NCBI GenBank assembly: GCA_020060545.1
Contig: JAGUZX010000131.1
Span: forward strand, 856-64,855
Length of the DNA stretch: 64,000 nucleotides
Reading direction: 5' to 3'
From: Desulfovibrio sp.
Lineage (GTDB): Bacteria; Bacillota; Dethiobacteria; DTU022
The translations under genes and the position numbers were made by a program. The notes beneath the pieces are model-generated. The model saw only the letters and a program-made list of their open reading frames with translations, ran no database searches and was not told the origin of the DNA. Of the stretch, positions 37,600-46,244 are shown in pieces; the stretch's first letter is position 1; every line of letters begins with the position of its first letter.

Positions 37600-37626
37600 G
37601 CCCCGGATATAACCCGGGGCTTTTTT
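37600..37626 (+). terminator. Intrinsic terminator after the second corrinoid gene
   Basis: GCCCCGG-atataa-CCGGGGC followed by TTTTTT. Confidence 0.8.
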
Positions 37627-37649
37627 GATTATAATGAATTTAGGTGTTT

Positions 37650-37720
37650 GGTACCGGAATGAACTAATAAGTTCATTTGGTGCCTGGCACCGGAGTGAAC
37701 TTTTTAGTTCGCTTGGGGCC
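37650..37720. repeat. Palindromic element family P, locus D (71-bp composite of four half-sites)
   Basis: GGTACCGGAATGAACTaataAGTTCATTTGGTGCC-T-GGCACCGGAGTGAACTttttAGTTCGCTTGGGGCC. Same 35+1+35 architecture as locus G. Confidence 0.85.
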
Positions 37721-37745
37721 AGACTACGGTGAAGAGGTGGCTTAC

Positions 37746-38660
37746 TTGCCGGGTGATCAGGAAAAGCCGTTCTATCTGGCGATGAGCGAAGCGCAGCGGG
37801 CGGAACGGGTCCGGCGGCTGAAGGCGAGGCTGCGGCGGTGCACTATTTGCCCCAGGCGCTGCCGGGTCGACCGCCTGGCGGGCGAAGCGGGTAAGTGCGG
37901 CGCCGCCGATACGGTCATTGTCAGCAGCGCCGGCCCGCACTTTGGCGAAGAAAGCGTCCTGGTGGGAAGCGGCGGTTCGGGGACCATCTTTTTCGTCTAC
38001 TGCAACCTGGCCTGTGTGTTTTGCCAGAACTGGCCGATCAGCCGCGGGGTGGAGCGGGGCGAGACCGTTACAATTGAAGACCTGGCGGCGATGATGCTCC
38101 GGCTGCAGCGCCAGGGCTGCGAAAATATCAACCTGGTTACGCCCACGCCCTACCTTTACCAGATTGCCGCGGCGATCGACCGGGCCGCCGCGGGCGGCCT
38201 GCGCCTGCCCGTTGTTTACAACAGCAGCGGCTACGAGGCCGTGACGTCGCTCAGGCTGCTGGACGGATTTATCGATATCTACATGCCCGATGCCAAGTAC
38301 AGCAGTGATCTGGCTGGCGAGCTCTACTCGGGAGTGAGGGGCTACTATACCCACCTCCAGAAGGCGCTCAAGGAGATGCAGCGCCAGGTGGGAGACCTGG
38401 CGCTCGGCCGCCGCGGCACGGTTTACCGGGGCTTGCTGGTGCGCCACCTGGTCATGCCCGGCGGCGCCGCCGGCACCGCTGCGCTGGCCCGCTTTCTGAA
38501 AAAGGAAATCTCTCCCGCCTGCGCGGTTAACGTGATGGCCCAATACTACCCCGCGTACCGGGCCGGCGAGTTTCCCGCCCTGAACCGGCGTATTACCGCC
38601 GCGGAGTACCGCTCGGCCAGGGATGCCGTCCAAAAGGCCGGCTTGCGTTTGATCGATTAA
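37746..38660 (+). CDS. PflX-type (COG1313) radical SAM protein, cytoplasmic paralog
   Basis: CTICPRRCRVDR..GKCG plus the radical-SAM box CNLACVFCQNW. Colinear with the gene at 20707 but without the N-terminal extension. The start is uncertain: TTG 37746, ATG 37782 or the track's 37677. Confidence 0.8.
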   Translation: MPGDQEKPFYLAMSEAQRAERVRRLKARLRRCTICPRRCRVDRLAGEAGKCGAADTVIVSSAGPHFGEESVLVGSGGSGTIFFVYCNLACVFCQNWPISRGVERGETVTIEDLAAMMLRLQRQGCENINLVTPTPYLYQIAAAIDRAAAGGLRLPVVYNSSGYEAVTSLRLLDGFIDIYMPDAKYSSDLAGELYSGVRGYYTHLQKALKEMQRQVGDLALGRRGTVYRGLLVRHLVMPGGAAGTAALARFLKKEISPACAVNVMAQYYPAYRAGEFPALNRRITAAEYRSARDAVQKAGLRLID

Positions 38661-38662
38661 CT

Positions 38663-38693
38663 GTGACAATTGGGGACGGGGCAGTTTTGTCAC
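38663..38693. repeat. 31-bp element family T (GTGACARTTGGGGACGGGGCARTTTTGTCAC), copy 1
   Basis: It starts 3 nt after the radical-SAM gene stop. 29/31 identical to the copy at 50582. Terminal inverted repeat GTGACAA/TTGTCAC. Confidence 0.85.
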
Positions 38694-38919
38694 ACCCCGA
38701 ATCTGTTCCGCCTTGATTCCCTCAAAGCGTAAAAACTTGTCCGGCGCCCCCCGCCCGATTGCGGAGTATGAAAATAACTTTCAAGGGAAAAACAATACCG
38801 GAAGATTTGATTTTCCATCGTTCAATATGGCCAAGCAGCCAGTGATGGATACAGATGAGATTGATTCAGGAACCTGTTGTTCCGGCTTCCGGCCCAGACT
38901 TCTCACAATGAGGTGGATC

Positions 38920-39936
38920 GTGTCCGTAACGGAGAGCCCGTTTCAAGCTGATACATGCCCCGAGTTGAAGGAGGTCGAAGCGACAATCAGGATGTCGCTG
39001 CAGACCCAGTCATCCGGCCTGCAGGAGATGATTGTGCATCTCCTGCAGGCCGGCGGCAAGAAGCTGCGCCCGCTGTTGGTCCTGCTTTGCGCCGGCCTGA
39101 GCGGCGGGGAAATGTACAGTATCAAACGGGTGGAGCTGCTGCGGGTTGCCGCGGCTGTAGAGATGATTCATACTGCTTCCCTGGTGCACGATGATATTAT
39201 CGACGGCGCTGCCTCGCGCCGCGGCAGGGAAACTCTCCACTTCCGCTGGGACACAAAAAAAGCTGTTTTGGCCGGCGATTTTCTGCTGGCCAGGGCTTTT
39301 GATCTTTTGTGCGGCCTGGAGCAAAAAGGATCGCTGCTGCCCCTGTTCGCCCGGTCGGTGGCCCTGATGTGCCAGGGAGAGATCAGGCAGCTGGCCGGCA
39401 ACTACTGCTGGGAAACCAGCGAAAAGAACTATTTCCATTTCAACTATCTCAAAACAGCGCAGTTCCTCGCCTCCTGCTGTGAGGCGGGGGCGACAGTGAT
39501 GAAGGCCGGGGAAGGGGAAATCAAGAACTTAAGGCGCTACGGCTTTTACCTGGGGCAGGCTTTCCAGATTGTCGACGACATCCTCGATTACACCGCGGAT
39601 CCCGTAAAACTTGGCAAGCCTGTAGGAAAAGATCTGAGGCAGGGGACGGTCACGCTGCCCTTAATCTACCTGCTTCGGGTGGATCACCGTTACCGCCACC
39701 TGCTGCGAGCCGCTTCGACCCGGCGCCCCGCCCTGGCCGCACACCTGCAAGAACAGGTGGATCGGGCGGTGCGTGCGAGCGGTGCGCTTCAGTATGCTTC
39801 CCGCAGGGCCGCCCGGGCCGGGGAAGCCGCCATTAATGCGCTGCAGCGTTTTCCGCCCACCCGCTCCCGGCAGCTGCTCAAGCAGATCGCCGAAGCGATT
39901 GCGGGCAGGGTTGCCTTCGTCAAAGGGCAACAATAA
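38920..39936 (+). CDS. Polyprenyl diphosphate synthase (HepT/heptaprenyl- or octaprenyl-type trans-IPPS)
   Basis: LLQAGGKKLRP, first DDxxD in ASLVHDDIIDG, and second DDxxD in AFQIVDDILDY..GKPVGKDL. The start is uncertain (GTG 38920 after AGGTGG). The track's N-terminal 69 aa are unsupported. Confidence 0.8.
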   Translation: MSVTESPFQADTCPELKEVEATIRMSLQTQSSGLQEMIVHLLQAGGKKLRPLLVLLCAGLSGGEMYSIKRVELLRVAAAVEMIHTASLVHDDIIDGAASRRGRETLHFRWDTKKAVLAGDFLLARAFDLLCGLEQKGSLLPLFARSVALMCQGEIRQLAGNYCWETSEKNYFHFNYLKTAQFLASCCEAGATVMKAGEGEIKNLRRYGFYLGQAFQIVDDILDYTADPVKLGKPVGKDLRQGTVTLPLIYLLRVDHRYRHLLRAASTRRPALAAHLQEQVDRAVRASGALQYASRRAARAGEAAINALQRFPPTRSRQLLKQIAEAIAGRVAFVKGQQ

Positions 39937-39974
39937 CTTAATAAATGGTGCCTGGCACCATTTATTAAGTTATT
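39932..39974. repeat. Palindromic element family P, locus E (43-bp perfect palindrome, AT-rich arm variant)
   Basis: AATAACTTAATAAATGGTGCC-T-GGCACCATTTATTAAGTTATT. The TAA stop of the preceding gene lies inside the left arm. It is the exact reverse complement of locus H. Confidence 0.9.
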
Positions 39975-40104
39975 CAGCCGGCGCAAAGATCGAGCGGTTA
40001 TGTAAGAAGGATTTTCCACAGTCGATCGGGAATGTATCAGTGCAGCAATAAAAAAAAGAAAGTGAATGGACAGTGAATTTAAGAGCGGGATAGGAGTGAT
40101 GATG

Positions 40105-40431
40105 ATGGCGGATGTGTTACAAATCAGTGCGGTCCAGTTCGAAGAAGAGGTAATTAAAGAAACGTTGCCGGTGCTGGTCGACTTCTGGGCTCCATGGTGC
40201 AATCCCTGCAAGATGCTCGCCCCGGTCCTGGACGAAATTGCCGCCGCCAACAAGGACCGCCTTAAGGTGGTTAAAGTAAACGTTGATGAAAATCCGGACC
40301 TGGCCTCGCGTTTTGATATTATGGGGATCCCGACGATGATTCTGTTCAAGGATGGCCGGGTTGTGGACAGTTTTACCGGGGCTTTGCCCAAAAAGGCCCT
40401 GGCCGAAAAAATAGATCAATATATCGCCTAG
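40105..40431 (+). CDS. trxA: Thioredoxin with a WCNPC active site
   Basis: VLVDFWAPWCNPCKMLAPVLDE...VKVNVDENP...GIPTMILFKDG. Three consecutive in-frame ATGs (40099/40102/40105) follow AGGAGTG. Confidence 0.85.
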   Translation: MADVLQISAVQFEEEVIKETLPVLVDFWAPWCNPCKMLAPVLDEIAAANKDRLKVVKVNVDENPDLASRFDIMGIPTMILFKDGRVVDSFTGALPKKALAEKIDQYIA

Positions 40432-40495
40432 CACGGTGTCCGGATAACCTTCAGGATGCTTGAGGCGGCCCCTGTTTTTCTTGCTGAAAAGTAAG

Positions 40496-40525
40496 CGGGT
40501 TGCAGCCCCCGAGGGCTGCAACCCG
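40496..40525 (+). terminator. Terminator-like hairpin after trxA (no clear U-tract)
   Basis: 13-bp stem CGGGTTGCAGCCC-ccga-GGGCTGCAACCCG. Confidence 0.45.
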
Positions 40526-40580
40526 TTATGCCATGGCTTCAACCGGTCCGGGGAAGCTCCGGCAAATTCCGTTTATACTC

Positions 40581-40751
40581 TTACGGGATCAGATAATACC
40601 GTTGACGGTGCCGGTCGGATTCTAGTTCAATTTCTCTGGCCAGCTCTTCCCGCCTCACCGCTGCGGCAAGGTCAATCTTTGGCTGAACCGGTGCGGCGTT
40701 ATGAATGCCGACCTGCAAGGTGATGTAAGCCAATTTAATGGTTAATTCCAC
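40581..40751 (-). CDS. Possible 56-aa small protein (not in ORF track)
   Basis: A GTG lies 8 nt after GGAAGGGGG. VELTIKLAYITLQVGIHNAAPVQPKIDLAAAVRREELAREIELESDRHRQRYYLIP*. No family recognised. Confidence 0.3.
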   Translation of the reverse strand: MELTIKLAYITLQVGIHNAAPVQPKIDLAAAVRREELAREIELESDRHRQRYYLIP

Positions 40752-40828
40752 TTTATTTCGCCCCCTTCCGCTTGCTTGATAATCATCTATACCGTTTCTG
40801 CCGCGTGAGCACGCGGCCCTTTACCCGG

Positions 40829-41782
40829 TTACTCCTTCGTTTTTAGCGCGGGATCTTTAAGAAAGTCCTTCAGGTTTTCGTCCACCAGATCCAGAGCGCT
40901 CCGGCGCAAGCTGAAGTTTGCCGGCTTTTTATCATTAAATCTGAGGTGGACCCGGATTAACCCCGCCGCCCGGAGAGCGATTAAGTGGTAATGAACGGTG
41001 CTTTTCGCCAGCCCGGTGTAATTCAATATCTCGGTGAAACTTTTCTCTTCCCCGGCCAGGAAATTAAGTATCTTCAGCCGGTTTTGATCGGAAAGGGTCG
41101 CGAGGAGCCGGATTAACTGGGGAGAAGGCTCCCCCGGCTGCGGCATGGCCGGGTCGACCGGGTAGTGGGAAACAAACAGGCCCCGGCAGATGGTATAAAT
41201 GTTAAACGGGCGGCCGTGGTACTGGGGCGAGAGAATAATCACCCTGTTTTCTTCTTCCTCAAGGCCTTCCACCAGGATGCCGCCGGTCACCTGTTCGATA
41301 AAATCGACGGCGGGAAGCGTGCCGGCCAGCTGCTGCTTCTCCCGGACATCCCGCTCCAGCGCCTCGATCAAGCCCGGATCGATCCGGGCTAAAAAGAAGC
41401 GCTCCCATTCCTCAAGCGATTTGCAGCTGTCGCGGAGCTGCTCGATGCGCGGCAGAAAGGTCTCACGCATCCGGGGTGAAACGCAGGCGTAAGCGGACAG
41501 CTCTTCCAGGCTCAACTCGTTGAACCATGCCGTAAACCCGCCCGCGGAACTAAACGATTTGTCGTGGGCCAGCATAATCAACTCCGCCAGGGTTTTGACA
41601 TCTTCTTGAAATGATTTCTGCTGGATTTTATTTAGAAAACCGGGCGCGAGCTGGCTCTTGATGGCCCGGCTCCAGCTTAATCCGAGGTCGCTGTTTTTTG
41701 CGAGAGTGCTGTCGGTAAAAACGAGCAGGCCGATAAAAGATTCGTAAAGCGGCTGGAAGATTACTTTTATCGAACTGCCCAA
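40829..41782 (-). CDS. ArsR-family wHTH regulator with a large N-terminal domain of unknown function
   Basis: C-terminal LATLSDQNRLKILNFLAGEEKSFTEILNYTGLAKSTVHYHLIALRAAGLI is a canonical ArsR HTH. The preceding about 220 aa are not recognised. Confidence 0.7.
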   Translation of the reverse strand: MGSSIKVIFQPLYESFIGLLVFTDSTLAKNSDLGLSWSRAIKSQLAPGFLNKIQQKSFQEDVKTLAELIMLAHDKSFSSAGGFTAWFNELSLEELSAYACVSPRMRETFLPRIEQLRDSCKSLEEWERFFLARIDPGLIEALERDVREKQQLAGTLPAVDFIEQVTGGILVEGLEEEENRVIILSPQYHGRPFNIYTICRGLFVSHYPVDPAMPQPGEPSPQLIRLLATLSDQNRLKILNFLAGEEKSFTEILNYTGLAKSTVHYHLIALRAAGLIRVHLRFNDKKPANFSLRRSALDLVDENLKDFLKDPALKTKE

Positions 41783-42018
41783 TTAATCATCTCCTATCGA
41801 ACATATCTCTTAGTTCTATTGTAATCGAACCATATTTTTTGTCAAGCGGTTTTTGGAGAAAATAAAGAAATTTTCTAACCAACTAACACCCGCCTGGCCG
41901 CTGTTCGGCAGCGATTTTATCCTTCCATGCAGGAGAAATGCTCGAAAATATTGAAAATGACGGTGGCCGGTGGCGGTTATTACACTTGGCTGCCTTGATT
42001 CGAAAGGAGGAGCCCCGC

Positions 42019-42903
42019 ATGCGCTATAAATTCATTGTCAACCCTGTCTCGGGCGGAGGCAGGACGAAGACGCTGGTGCCGCGTATTGTTGAAAACTTTA
42101 ACGCCGCCGGCGCCGCCTTTGAGCTTTATACGACCACCGGCCGGGGTGACGCGGTTACCGCCGCACACAGCGCCGCCGCAGTTGGGTTTGACGCCGTGGT
42201 CGCCGTGGGGGGGGACGGCACCGTCAACGAAGTGGTAAACGGCATCGCCGGCAGCGGCGCCGCCCTGGGGGTGGTTCACGGCGGAAAAGGCAATGACTTC
42301 GCCACCGCCGTCAATATGCCCCGCGACATTGACGCGGCCTGCGCCGCGCTTCTGCAGGGTAAGACGAAGGAGATCGACCTGGGCCGGGTGCTGGATCGTT
42401 ATTTCATCAACTCCGCGGGAGTGGGTTTCGACGCCACCGTCGCTCACCGGGTCAACCAGGGGGTCAAATTTTTTAAAGGTGTTTCGGCCTACATTGTCAC
42501 GGTGCTGACGACGCTGATTTCCTACGAACCGGTGGAGATGGAGATTACCCTTGACGACACCGCATTTACGGTAAACCCGATGCTGGTGGCCGTGGGCATC
42601 GGCCAGTGCTACGGCGGCGGCATGCGCATCGTCCCGGAGGCGATCCAGGATGACGGCTATTTCGACATATGCGTTTTCGATCGGATGGGCCGCCTGGCGC
42701 TGGCCTACCATTTCCCCAAGGTGTTCAAGGGGAGGCATACCGTTTTAAAGCAAGCCCGGTTCTACCGTTCCAGGGAGGTCAGGCTGCGCCTCAGCCGGGA
42801 GCAGCCGCTCCACATGGAAGGGGAGATTCTTTTCGGGGACAAAATGCACTTTACCCTGGAACCGCTGGGAATGAAAGTAATTACCGGCCCCGATCCCGAC
42901 TGA
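42019..42903 (+). CDS. Diacylglycerol/lipid kinase family protein (YegS/DagK-like)
   Basis: The ATG follows AAAGGAGG. MRYKFIVNPVSGGG..., VVAVGGDGTVNEVVNG, GVVHGGKGNDFA. Confidence 0.85.
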   Translation: MRYKFIVNPVSGGGRTKTLVPRIVENFNAAGAAFELYTTTGRGDAVTAAHSAAAVGFDAVVAVGGDGTVNEVVNGIAGSGAALGVVHGGKGNDFATAVNMPRDIDAACAALLQGKTKEIDLGRVLDRYFINSAGVGFDATVAHRVNQGVKFFKGVSAYIVTVLTTLISYEPVEMEITLDDTAFTVNPMLVAVGIGQCYGGGMRIVPEAIQDDGYFDICVFDRMGRLALAYHFPKVFKGRHTVLKQARFYRSREVRLRLSREQPLHMEGEILFGDKMHFTLEPLGMKVITGPDPD

Positions 42904-42959
42904 CGGCATTTGGTACGGCGCCAGCGGGGGCCGGCGCGGCGGCGCAGGTGCTGACGCGG

Positions 42960-44072
42960 CTAAAGGAGGCCGAGGCGGCGCAGCATGAGGCAGGAGCGGT
43001 AGTAGGATCCGGTTTCCGCTCCGCCGGCCGCGAGCAGCGAACGGGCGGCCTGCCGGAAACCCTGGCGTTCCACCTTGGGATCGGAAAGGTAAACGGCCAG
43101 GAGACCCCTGACGATGGTCCGGTGAAAACCGGGATGGGGGAGGCGGGATACGCCGGCCAGGGCCCGCTGCAGAAAAAGGTGCAGGCGCTGCGCGGCCTCC
43201 GCGGGGGAAGCGTAGCAGGCGGCGAAATTAAGATCCCCGCCGTGCCGATCCTCTTCCTGGTCGATCCAGTAATCCAGCAGGATATGCAGCCCGCAAACCC
43301 ACGGAAAGTATGCTTTCATCACCTCCTTCACCTCTTCCCGGCCGGTGTGCGGCGCGGTCGCTGCAGCGAGCAGGGCGAAAATGGCCAGGGTTGAACCGCA
43401 GGCCGCGGCAAATTCCCACCAGTAGACCGGCGGGGCGGTCACAATTCCTTTTTCCCGGAACCAGCGCTTCAAGCGGCTGCAGCGGACCGGCGGCGCCAGG
43501 TGCTTGAAGACTTGCAGATCGTTATACAGCGCAACCAGGCGCAGCACTTCCGCATGCACCGCGGCGTAAGAAGGCAGGGCGGAGACATGGCTGCGGCATT
43601 CGTCTACCAGCGCCTTCAGGTAACCGCCGTCGTTGCGGGCGGGGTAGAAGCGGTAATAGTCCCTGGTTATGCCCAACCCGGGCGAAACCGCGTCCAGCAT
43701 GGCTTGGTGCAGGCGCCGGAAAGCCGCCTCGTCGTAAATACCGCCGCGGTCGCAGAGGTTGTCCAGGTAATCGCCGATGGTTTGCAGGGCCACGATCAGC
43801 GCAGCCAGCTGCCTGGTCCAGGGCGGGTTGTAGAGGGCAAAAAAACTCCCCCCCTGGGAGTGGAAACGTTTCCGGTTCAGGCTGGCGGAAGCCTGTTTTC
43901 GGAGCGACAAGTCGTAACACCGGTCCAGCTGTTTATGCCACTTGCGCAGCTCGCGTGAAACCTGCGGCAGCACCCCGGTAAGAAATCGCCGGAGGGAAGC
44001 ATCGGGAGGGAGACAGGCCCCTTCAATCAGGGTGCCTGGATTGGATAAGTCGCGCCGGGAATGATGGTCCAT
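42960..44072 (-). CDS. DUF2600-family protein (YtpB-like tetraprenyl-beta-curcumene synthase family)
   Basis: 370 aa. ALQTIGDYLDNLCDR and LLDYWIDQEEDR motifs are characteristic of DUF2600/YtpB as I recall them. Confidence 0.65.
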   Translation of the reverse strand: MDHHSRRDLSNPGTLIEGACLPPDASLRRFLTGVLPQVSRELRKWHKQLDRCYDLSLRKQASASLNRKRFHSQGGSFFALYNPPWTRQLAALIVALQTIGDYLDNLCDRGGIYDEAAFRRLHQAMLDAVSPGLGITRDYYRFYPARNDGGYLKALVDECRSHVSALPSYAAVHAEVLRLVALYNDLQVFKHLAPPVRCSRLKRWFREKGIVTAPPVYWWEFAAACGSTLAIFALLAAATAPHTGREEVKEVMKAYFPWVCGLHILLDYWIDQEEDRHGGDLNFAACYASPAEAAQRLHLFLQRALAGVSRLPHPGFHRTIVRGLLAVYLSDPKVERQGFRQAARSLLAAGGAETGSYYRSCLMLRRLGLL

Positions 44073-44179
44073 GCTTCACACTCCGCTGTCGATGATTGGA
44101 AGAAAATAGCCGCACCGGCAGCGATGCGGCTGCGTTCTTACCTGAACTCTGGCGCCCGGCGCCCGGGCTCATGGTGACG

Positions 44180-44671
44180 CTACTGCTGGGGGTTCTCTCC
44201 ACCCTCATGCCCCTGGTTCTCTCCACCTTCTTGCCCCTCTTGCCCCTGTTGGCCCCGGTTGTCCTGCTGCGTTTCGTGGTCCCCCAGGAATTCGGGGAAA
44301 GAGGCGATCTCCCCGCCTTCGGCCGCGGGGCTGACTTCGGTGCGGGCGTAGCGGAAAAAGAACCATTCCGCCACACCGATCACGGCTGCGGTGGCCAGGA
44401 TTACCCCCGTCCCGAGGGGCTCGCGGACAAACGCGTTGGCCAGGGAAAGCACTACCGCGGCAATCACAAAATTGGCGATCGCCGCGGCCAGTGTTCCGAA
44501 GCGCGGCAGCAAAAATCTGTCACCGGCGAAATACAGCACCAGGGTAATAAACAAAGCGATGATCATGGAAGAACCGAGGCTGACCGAAGGGACGAGGAGG
44601 TAGGTCAGAAAGATGATCGTAATGGCGGCGGTATAGATATACTTAATTATGAGCGGCCTGATATGCTCCAT
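44180..44671 (-). CDS. DUF2512-family membrane protein with a Gln/Gly/Glu-rich tail
   Basis: The ATG at 44671 follows GAGGAAGGGGGTG. MEHIRPLIIKYIYTAAITIIFL...GDRFLLPRFG... The C-terminus is QQDNRGQQGQEGQEGGENQGHEGGENPQQ. Confidence 0.6.
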   Translation of the reverse strand: MEHIRPLIIKYIYTAAITIIFLTYLLVPSVSLGSSMIIALFITLVLYFAGDRFLLPRFGTLAAAIANFVIAAVVLSLANAFVREPLGTGVILATAAVIGVAEWFFFRYARTEVSPAAEGGEIASFPEFLGDHETQQDNRGQQGQEGQEGGENQGHEGGENPQQ

Positions 44672-44828
44672 GTTGTTCACCCCCTTCCTCAACTTATACT
44701 TTTCCCCGTACCTCTTTTAATCATTCCCACCGGAGGCAAATAATTTTACCCGCCCGAAGCAGGATATTTCTGTCACATGTCGAATAATTTTGATTAATTT
44801 CCAGCCTAGGTTAAAGGGGTGTAATCAG

Positions 44829-45086
44829 ATGGAACGGGAAGAAATCGGCCGGGTAGAACATTTTTACAGCAAAATTTCCGTGGCCATAATTGGACTGGAG
44901 GGCGAGTTAAAAGTGGGAGACAGGATTGCCGTAGTCGGCCCGAAAACCGACCTGGTGCAGGTGGTCAAGTCTCTCCAGGTGGAGCATCAGAACATCGAAG
45001 CGGCCAAACCGGGTGACCTGGTCGGCTTAAAGGTGAAAGAAAAAGTCAGGGAAGGGGATCGTGTTTTTAAGCTGAACGAAAAGTAA
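44829..45086 (+). CDS. Small EF-Tu-domain-2-like beta-barrel protein (translation elongation factor-like protein)
   Basis: The ATG follows AAAGGGGTG. 85 aa. VGDRIAVVGPKTDLVQVVKSLQVEHQNIEAAKPGDLVGLKV resembles EF-Tu domain II. Confidence 0.5.
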   Translation: MEREEIGRVEHFYSKISVAIIGLEGELKVGDRIAVVGPKTDLVQVVKSLQVEHQNIEAAKPGDLVGLKVKEKVREGDRVFKLNEK

Positions 45087-45176
45087 AGAGAGTGCCTCGC
45101 GCTGCAGGCCGGGAGCCGTTTCGAGGCGGCCGGCAGCGGGTGCATTATTGAACCGGTGATTCAACCTCTTGTCGGC

Positions 45177-46091
45177 TCATTCCAGGCAATTGCTCATCTC
45201 TTCAGCAAGGTTTGCGCTTAGTTGCAAAAGGCGGGATGCGGCTTCCGCAAGCCGGGATTCATACAGGTAAACGGCGTGGATCTCCCGGTTAAAAACTGCA
45301 CCGCTTATTTCCAGCGGGACCAGTGTTTTTAGCCTGAGCTCCTTGCCGATGGCCCAGCCTGAAATAATCGCCGCGCCGAGGCCGGCTTCCACCGCGTTTT
45401 TAATCGCTTCAAGGCTGTAAAATTCGGCGATGATTGTCAGCCGCTCCAGGGCCAGGCCCATTTCGGAGAGAGCTTCTTCCATTTCCTGGCGGCTGCCGGA
45501 ACCGCGCTCACGGACGATTAAAGGCAGCTCCGGCAGTTCTTCTTTTTGAATCCGCTTCCGCCCGCTCCAGGGATGGCCGGCCGGGACAACCAGCACGAGT
45601 TTATCTTCAAGGAGCTTTTGGGCGTGCAGGTTCCGCCCGAACGGTTTCCCGGCCATGAAACCCAACTCCACCTCTCCTTCTTTCAGGAGGGCGTAAATCT
45701 GGCGGTTATTGCCGATTTCCAGGCTGTAGCTGATTTGAGGGTAGCGGCGGCTGAACTTTCCCAGCAACCCGGGCAGGATATACTCCCCAAAAGTCGGACT
45801 GGCCCCCAGGCGGAGATGCCCCCGGAGCGTGCCCCGCAAATCGGTCAGCTCGTTTTCTACCTGGATGGAGCGGTTTTTTAACTCCCGGAGCTGTTTGTAA
45901 AGAGCGGCGCCGGCTGGAGTCAGCTCGAGGCCGCGGGCATGGCGGAAAAACAGCTTCACCCCGAATTGATCTTCCAGTTTCTGAATGGCGGTGCTTACGG
46001 CGGGCTGTGAGATGTTTAAATCCCGTGCGGTCCGGGTAATATTCCCCGCCTGGGCCACCCTGATAAATATCTCAATTTTGTAATCAAGCAT
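45177..46091 (-). CDS. LysR-family transcriptional regulator
   Basis: N-terminal HTH FIRVAQAGNITRTARDLNISQPAVSTAIQKLE. 304 aa. Divergent from the DASS transporter gene. Confidence 0.9.
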   Translation of the reverse strand: MLDYKIEIFIRVAQAGNITRTARDLNISQPAVSTAIQKLEDQFGVKLFFRHARGLELTPAGAALYKQLRELKNRSIQVENELTDLRGTLRGHLRLGASPTFGEYILPGLLGKFSRRYPQISYSLEIGNNRQIYALLKEGEVELGFMAGKPFGRNLHAQKLLEDKLVLVVPAGHPWSGRKRIQKEELPELPLIVRERGSGSRQEMEEALSEMGLALERLTIIAEFYSLEAIKNAVEAGLGAAIISGWAIGKELRLKTLVPLEISGAVFNREIHAVYLYESRLAEAASRLLQLSANLAEEMSNCLE

Positions 46092-46244
46092 CGCTTCGCC
46101 TCACCCGGTTCTATTCTATCATACGGCCGTCCCGCTGCCAAAGGAACGATAAGCAAAAGTAATCCCCGGATAAACAATTCAAATTTTACAGCCGCAGCCG
46201 GGCTTTCTATAATAAAAACAAGAGCACTGATCTCCGGGAATGGA

